Source of the DNA: Capsulimonadaceae bacterium
Lineage (GTDB): Bacteria; Armatimonadota; Armatimonadia; Armatimonadales; Capsulimonadaceae
DNA length: 64,000 bases
Direction of reading: 5' to 3'
Assembly (NCBI GenBank): GCA_965215505.1
Contig: OZ244065.1
Location: 1,792,001 to 1,856,000, forward strand
Position 1 is the first letter of the stretch, and each line of letters begins with the position of its first letter. The notes below the pieces were generated by a model that made no database searches, had not been told where the DNA came from, and worked only from the letters and a program-made list of their open reading frames with translations. Position numbers and translations under genes: made by a program. Of this stretch, positions 58,909 to 64,000 are shown piece after piece.

Positions 58909-59910
58909 ATGCCCGGAAAGACGATCACGCCGGTCTGGACGCCCGCGCCGGAGCGCCGCCTTAAAGACATGGTCTCCCCCAGCGCCTCCTGGGACGCCGA
59001 CCGGCTGCGCGAGACTTTGCTTGAGGTCGGGATGGAGGCACTGACCACACAGGAGCCGTCACGGCTGATGCTTCCGCCCCCGAAGACGTTCGCGCCCAAG
59101 CGCATCGTGAACCGGAAGGACCTGAACCGCCACCGCTACATCGAGATCGGGATCGTCACCCAGGGCGAGATGTCTCTCTGGTGGGAGGGCGCTTTTTCCC
59201 GATGCCCCGCCGGTTCCGTCTTCATCATCCAGCCAGGGATGCGCTACATGTCGCATGCGGAACTTCCGGAGGAAAACCCGCGCCCCCATTCCGTGGTCTG
59301 GCTGGCGCTGCACCGAGGGTGCGCCATTGTCCACAGATGCTCGGTGCGGAACAGGGACCACTACCTGAGCGAGTATTACTCGCTTGTTGATGTGCAGCTA
59401 ACGGCTTATGCCCGCAGCATCGCCCAGGAGATCGCCGAACGGCCCTCCCACTTTGAAACCGTGGTCCGCGGCAGCCTCCTCTGCCTGTTCACCCTGCTGC
59501 TGCGCGCCCCCATCTACAGCATCTCGCGCCACAGCGGGGCGGGCCGCGAAACGAAAGAAGCCGGGGCGAACCCGTTCAGCGACCGCGTCAGATCCTACCT
59601 GCTTTCGCATTACCACCGCCCTCTGACCCTGGCACAGATCGCCCGCTCGATCGAATGCAGTCCGGCACACCTGTGCCGGCACTTCCGCGAACTCACCGGC
59701 CAGACGCCGTTTCAGTATCTCCGGGCCGTGCGCCTGGAGGCGGCGAAGGCGCTCCTCCTCTCGGAAGTACCGATCGCGCGGATCGCGGAGATGGTGGGCT
59801 TTGACGACCCGCTTTATTTCAGCAAGGTGTTCTCCAGTCAGGTCGGCCAATCCCCGCAGAGCTACCGCGCCGCCTGCCGGGCGTCGGACGTGAGGCCGGC
59901 ATCCCCCTGA
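58909..59910 (+). CDS. AraC family transcriptional regulator
   Basis: Cupin-like N-terminus; HL.RHF...TG, RLE.AK.LL, IAE.VGF.DP.YFS.VF....G.SP..YR. Confidence 0.93.
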   Translation: MPGKTITPVWTPAPERRLKDMVSPSASWDADRLRETLLEVGMEALTTQEPSRLMLPPPKTFAPKRIVNRKDLNRHRYIEIGIVTQGEMSLWWEGAFSRCPAGSVFIIQPGMRYMSHAELPEENPRPHSVVWLALHRGCAIVHRCSVRNRDHYLSEYYSLVDVQLTAYARSIAQEIAERPSHFETVVRGSLLCLFTLLLRAPIYSISRHSGAGRETKEAGANPFSDRVRSYLLSHYHRPLTLAQIARSIECSPAHLCRHFRELTGQTPFQYLRAVRLEAAKALLLSEVPIARIAEMVGFDDPLYFSKVFSSQVGQSPQSYRAACRASDVRPASP

Positions 59911-60132
59911 TCTCATGTCAAAACTTCATCTCATGTCAATGATTTCCATGTCTGGAACATGCATTCCATTGCCGCCGTGGGCCGACTGCGGACATAATAC
60001 ACTCGCCCTTCGGGTTCACTGCCGAGCCTTTCTTCCCCTTCTCGTTTCCCACGTTGCCACTGACGGCGGCGCGGAGGGCCTGCGCTTCCAGCCTTATCCG
60101 TTCCGGCATCCGTGTCACCGAGAGAGACAAAA

Positions 60133-61287
60133 ATGAAACCTACCTGGAAGGGCGTCTTCCCCGCCGTCACCACACAGCTCCATCGGGACCAGTCCCTCGA
60201 CCTGGAGGCCACCGCGCGCCACATCGGGGTGCTGCTTGACTCCGGGATCGCCGGCCTCATCATGCTCGGCTCGCTCGGCGAGAACATCGCCCCGGAGCCG
60301 GACGAGAAGCGGAGCGTCATGCGGATGGCGGTCGAGGCGGTGAGCGGCCGCGTGCCGGTCCTGAGCGGCGTGTCGGAGTGCAGCACGGCCGCCGCCTGCC
60401 GCTACGCGCGTGACATGGAACGGCTCGGGGCGGACGGCCTGATGGTGCTGCCCGCCATGGTCTACAAGGCCGACGCGGACGAGACCATGGAACACTTTCG
60501 GGCGGTCGCCGGCTCCAGCGGCCTCCCGATCATCTGCTATAACAACCCCCTCGCTTATGGCGTGGACATCACGCCGGAGATGTTCGCGCAGATGGCCGAT
60601 GAGGAGAAATTCGTTGCGGTCAAAGAGTCGTCGGGCAACGTGCGGCGCATCACCGACCTCATCAACCTCGTCGGCGACCGCTACACGCTCTTCACCGGCG
60701 TGGACGACCTCACCCTGGAAAGCATCATGCTCGGGGCCGAGGGCTGGATCGCCGGGGTCGGGCTGGCCTTCCCGAAAGAGAACCAGTATCTGTGGGACCT
60801 GTGGGACCTGGCGGCGGGCGGGCAGTGGGAAAAGGCGCGCGAGGTCTATCGGTGGTACATGCCGCTGCTGCACCTGGACATCCCGGTCAAGTTCGTGCAG
60901 TACATCAAGCTGCTGCTCCAGGAGTGCGGCCTGGGGGCCGAATGGGTGCGCGCGCCGCGCCTGTCCCTTCAAGGCGCGGAGCGCGTAGCCGCCCTGAAGA
61001 TCATCCGGCAGGGCATCGAGACCCGGCCGATGATCCCGGCGGGGCATCTGCCGGCCCCCCCTACTGACGGACAGGGGGTGGGATTTTGGAGACCATGCAA
61101 AAAGTCCGTGTCCTCGACTCACACACGGGAGGCGAGCCGACCCGCGTCATCCTCTCCGGCGGCCCAGACCTCGGGGGCGGCACGGCTGAGCAGCAGAGGG
61201 CCGTCTTCCGCAGCCGCTTCGACTCGTTCCGGACCGCAGTCGTCGCCGAACCGCGCGGCTCGGATGTCCTGGTCGGCGCGCTCCTGA
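60133..61287 (+). CDS. DapA-like protein, probable 1-pyrroline-4-hydroxy-2-carboxylate deaminase (C-terminus likely extended by stop loss)
   Basis: WKGVFPAVTT, GSLGE, YNNP..YGVD, VKESSG, GVDD, FVQYIKL; adjacent to the Hyp epimerase. Confidence 0.85.
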   Translation: MKPTWKGVFPAVTTQLHRDQSLDLEATARHIGVLLDSGIAGLIMLGSLGENIAPEPDEKRSVMRMAVEAVSGRVPVLSGVSECSTAAACRYARDMERLGADGLMVLPAMVYKADADETMEHFRAVAGSSGLPIICYNNPLAYGVDITPEMFAQMADEEKFVAVKESSGNVRRITDLINLVGDRYTLFTGVDDLTLESIMLGAEGWIAGVGLAFPKENQYLWDLWDLAAGGQWEKAREVYRWYMPLLHLDIPVKFVQYIKLLLQECGLGAEWVRAPRLSLQGAERVAALKIIRQGIETRPMIPAGHLPAPPTDGQGVGFWRPCKKSVSSTHTREASRPASSSPAAQTSGAARLSSRGPSSAAASTRSGPQSSPNRAARMSWSARS

Positions 61288-62033
61288 GCAGGCCGGCGGA
61301 CCCTTCCTGCGTCTCGGGCATGATCTTCTTCAATGGCGTGGGCTTCCTCGGCATGTGCGGCCACGGCACCATCGGCGTCGTCGCGGCGCTGGCGTTTCTC
61401 GGCAGGATCGGGCCGGGCGAGTTCCGATTCGAGACTCCGGTCGGGGTGGTGACGGCACACCTGCACGAGTCGGGGGCTGTCTCCGTCAGGAACATCCCCA
61501 GCTTTAGGCTTGCCAAAGACGTGCGGGTCGCCGTGGAAGGCCACGGCAGCATCACCGGCGACATCGCGTGGGGCGGCAACTGGTTTTTCCTGGCCCACGA
61601 CCACGGGCAGGAACTGGTTCCCGCCAACGTGGAGGCCCTGACCGACCTGACCCGCCGCATCCGGCGGGCGCTGGCCGCGCAGGGGATCACCGGGCGCGGG
61701 GGCGCGGAGATAGACCACATCGAGCTGTCCGCGCCCTCGGACACGCCGGGGGCGGACGGCCGCAATTTCGTCCTGTGTCCGGGGAACGCCTATGACCGGT
61801 CGCCCTGCGGCACCGGCACCAGCGCCAAGCTGGCCTGCCTGTTCGCCGACGGCCGGCTGAAGGAGGGGCAGGTGTGGCGTCAGGAAGGCATCCTCGGCGG
61901 CCAATTTGAAGGGACGGTCGCGGTGGACGGCGACCGGCTGATCCCGACCATCACGGGCCGCGCCTATGTCACGGCGGACACGACGCTGCTGTTCGATCCC
62001 ACCGACCCGCTCCGAGAAGGGATACGCCGATGA
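61095..62033 (+). CDS. 4-hydroxyproline 2-epimerase (proline racemase family)
   Basis: DSHTGGEPTR, EPRGSDVLVG, MCGHG, GGNWF, DRSPCGTGTSA (both catalytic Cys present). Confidence 0.9.
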   Translation: MQKVRVLDSHTGGEPTRVILSGGPDLGGGTAEQQRAVFRSRFDSFRTAVVAEPRGSDVLVGALLSRPADPSCVSGMIFFNGVGFLGMCGHGTIGVVAALAFLGRIGPGEFRFETPVGVVTAHLHESGAVSVRNIPSFRLAKDVRVAVEGHGSITGDIAWGGNWFFLAHDHGQELVPANVEALTDLTRRIRRALAAQGITGRGGAEIDHIELSAPSDTPGADGRNFVLCPGNAYDRSPCGTGTSAKLACLFADGRLKEGQVWRQEGILGGQFEGTVAVDGDRLIPTITGRAYVTADTTLLFDPTDPLREGIRR

Positions 62034-63289
62034 CCAGTCCGAAACACATCCTCATCGTCGGCGGCGGCGGCGTCGGCCTGTGCGCCGCCTACTACGCGAT
62101 GCAGAAGGGGCACCAGGTCACGGTCGTCGAGCGCGGCGGCCCGGCGCACGACGCCTGCTCCCTGGGCAATGCCGGGATGATCGTCCCCAGCCATTTCGTC
62201 CCGCTGGCCGCGCCCGGCATGGTCGGCTACGGCCTGCGGATGATGCTCCACCCCGAAAGCCCGTTCTACATCCGGCCCCGCCTGGACCTCGGCCTGATCC
62301 GCTGGGGCCTCCTCTTCGCGCGCTCGGCCACTGCGGCCCATGTGGCCCGCTCGGCACCCCTGCTGCGCGACCTGAGCCTGGCGAGCCGGGGCTGCTATGA
62401 GGACCTCGCCGCCCGGTTCGGCGACGTCTTCGGGCTGACCAAGCGGGGCCTGCTGATGCTCTGCAAGTCAGAACACTCCCTGCACGAAGAAGCGCGGATG
62501 GCGGCGGCAGCCTGCGCGCTGGGCCTGCCCGCCGATGTTTTATCACCCTCCGAGGCCGCCCGGCTCGATCCGGGCGTGCGGATGGACATCGTGGGCGCGG
62601 TCCACTACCCGCAGGACTGCCACTTCTTCCCCCAGGTCTTCATGGCGCGACTGACGGAGGCCCTGGAAGCGGGCGGGGCGCAGTTCTGCTGGGAAACCGA
62701 GGTGACCGGCTGGCGCGCGGACCGGGGCCGGATCATCGCCGTGGAAACCTGCCAGGGCGACAAGCAGGCCGACGAATATGTGCTGGCCGGCGGCTCCTGG
62801 TCACCGCAGACGGTGCGCGGGCTGGGCCTCCGGCTGCCCACCCAGGCGGGAAAGGGCTACAGCCTTTCTCTGCCCGAGCCACGGCAGATGCCGCGGCTCT
62901 GCTCGATCTTTACCGAAGCGCGCGTCGCCGCCACCCCGATGGGTTCCACCCTGCGTTTCGGCGGGACGATGGAGATCACCGGGCTGGACCCCTCGGTCAA
63001 TCGGTCGCGCGTGGACGGCATCCTCAAGGCGATCCCGCAGTATTTCCCGGACTTCAGGCCGGAGGACTTCCGGGACCTGCCCGTCTGGAGCGGCCTGCGG
63101 CCCTGCTCGCCCGACGGCCTGCCGTATGTGGGCCGCTTCGGGCGCTACCTCAATTTGTCGGCGGCCACCGGCCATGCGATGATGGGGATGAGCCTGGGGC
63201 CGGTGACGGGTAAACTGATCGCGGAGATCCTTTCGGGGGAAACCCCCGAGATCGCGCTCGATGCTCTCAGCCCGGACCGGTTCGGTTAA
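62030..63289 (+). CDS. FAD-dependent D-amino acid dehydrogenase (probable D-hydroxyproline dehydrogenase)
   Basis: GGGGVG, S.GNAG, GKGYS, WSGLRP.SPDGLP..G, GH...G..LGP.TG. Confidence 0.88.
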   Translation: MTSPKHILIVGGGGVGLCAAYYAMQKGHQVTVVERGGPAHDACSLGNAGMIVPSHFVPLAAPGMVGYGLRMMLHPESPFYIRPRLDLGLIRWGLLFARSATAAHVARSAPLLRDLSLASRGCYEDLAARFGDVFGLTKRGLLMLCKSEHSLHEEARMAAAACALGLPADVLSPSEAARLDPGVRMDIVGAVHYPQDCHFFPQVFMARLTEALEAGGAQFCWETEVTGWRADRGRIIAVETCQGDKQADEYVLAGGSWSPQTVRGLGLRLPTQAGKGYSLSLPEPRQMPRLCSIFTEARVAATPMGSTLRFGGTMEITGLDPSVNRSRVDGILKAIPQYFPDFRPEDFRDLPVWSGLRPCSPDGLPYVGRFGRYLNLSAATGHAMMGMSLGPVTGKLIAEILSGETPEIALDALSPDRFG

Positions 63290-63294
63290 AAAAC

Positions 63295-64000
63295 ATGGAA
63301 AAAAAGTTGTCACGACGGAAATTCTTGCAGCAGGCAACCGCGGTCGGCGGCGCGACCCTCCTCGCGGCCTCCGGGGCGGGCGCGGCCATCCCCGCCGCGC
63401 CGCCCAAAGGGAAAGGCGGCCCGCCGCGCCCCTACCGCCCGACGCGGGCCGAGATCAAAGAGGCATTCGAGCGCCAGAAGGAGTATGACGCCCGAGCGCG
63501 TCTGCCCGTTTATCAGGCCAAGATCACGCCGTACTGGTTTGCCGAGAATACCTCCTTCTGGTATCGGACTGATCTGCCCGAAGGACGCCGCCGGTTCGTC
63601 TGCGTTGATGCGGTGCGCGGGGTCCGCGCGGCGGCCTTCGACCACGCGCGGCTGGCCGCCGGCCTGTCCAAAGAAGCGGGGAAAGTCTACACCGCCGACC
63701 GTCTGCCGATCCAGGAGATCGAATACACGCCGCAAAAGCGGGCCATCCGGTTCGCCGCCGACGGGGCGGCCTGGCAGTGCGACCTGGCCTCCTATGTCTG
63801 TACGCGGATCGCCGCCACCGACCTGACGCCGGCGGCCGTCGTCACGGACCAAGGGCCGAGTGGCGGGGGCCGAAGATCGCGCAGAAACCGCGCGCCGGAG
63901 GACGCGGCACCCGTGTTCGTCAGGGACCATAACCTCTGGCTTCGCGCCCAAGGGGGCGGGGCCGAGACGGCGCTGACCCACGACGGCACGGCGGACCGGC
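63295..64000 (+). CDS. Tat-exported DPP-IV / S9 family peptidase, N-terminal part (3'-truncated; absent from the ORF track)
   Basis: Own translation: MEKKLSRRKFL..., P.W....FWY, AFDHARLAAGL, FVRDHNLWLR...ETALTHDG. Confidence 0.75.
   Translation, partial: MEKKLSRRKFLQQATAVGGATLLAASGAGAAIPAAPPKGKGGPPRPYRPTRAEIKEAFERQKEYDARARLPVYQAKITPYWFAENTSFWYRTDLPEGRRRFVCVDAVRGVRAAAFDHARLAAGLSKEAGKVYTADRLPIQEIEYTPQKRAIRFAADGAAWQCDLASYVCTRIAATDLTPAAVVTDQGPSGGGRRSRRNRAPEDAAPVFVRDHNLWLRAQGGGAETALTHDGTADR

Noticed and set aside
55928-64000. Island integrated at tRNA-Arg
   Set aside because: The locus lies on the tRNA 5' side, with no integrase or direct repeat and host-like composition.

Overview
High-GC (roughly 70%, by eye) bacterial chromosomal segment. 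It is most likely Armatimonadota-like, an inference from two PEP-CTERM tails of the VPEAS..VS(F/L)GLLLALG.GG...RK.RKA type and two DUF1559/H-X9-DG pilin-like genes. In order, the window contains: a vWA / J-like-FHA-FHA / PP2C / Ser-Thr kinase signalling cluster; assorted enzymes and surface proteins; an orphan tail-fibre-like gene pair facing a GNAT-like/HTH regulator; a duplicated pilin-TPR unit with a CRTAC1 lipoprotein; a TPR-AAA ATPase; a DUF559 nuclease nested in long palindromic repeats; an IS5-family element; a repeat-rich surface protein; a decayed R-M gene; a PAS-GGDEF-HD-GYP gene; tRNA-Lys(CTT) followed by a low-GC HNH gene; uup; tRNA-Arg(TCG); and a GH127 + AraC + hydroxyproline-catabolism + DPP-IV locus. 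The strongest candidate for an undescribed system is the three-gene operon at 29866-33428. It has a Gram-positive-type LexA box over its promoter and encodes a stand-alone PolX N-terminal HhH protein, an XPB/Rad25-type helicase and a degenerate DUF790/Bax1-like protein, each with a beta-clamp-like terminal motif. No CRISPR array or rRNA was seen. All family calls come from motif recognition by eye, not database searches.
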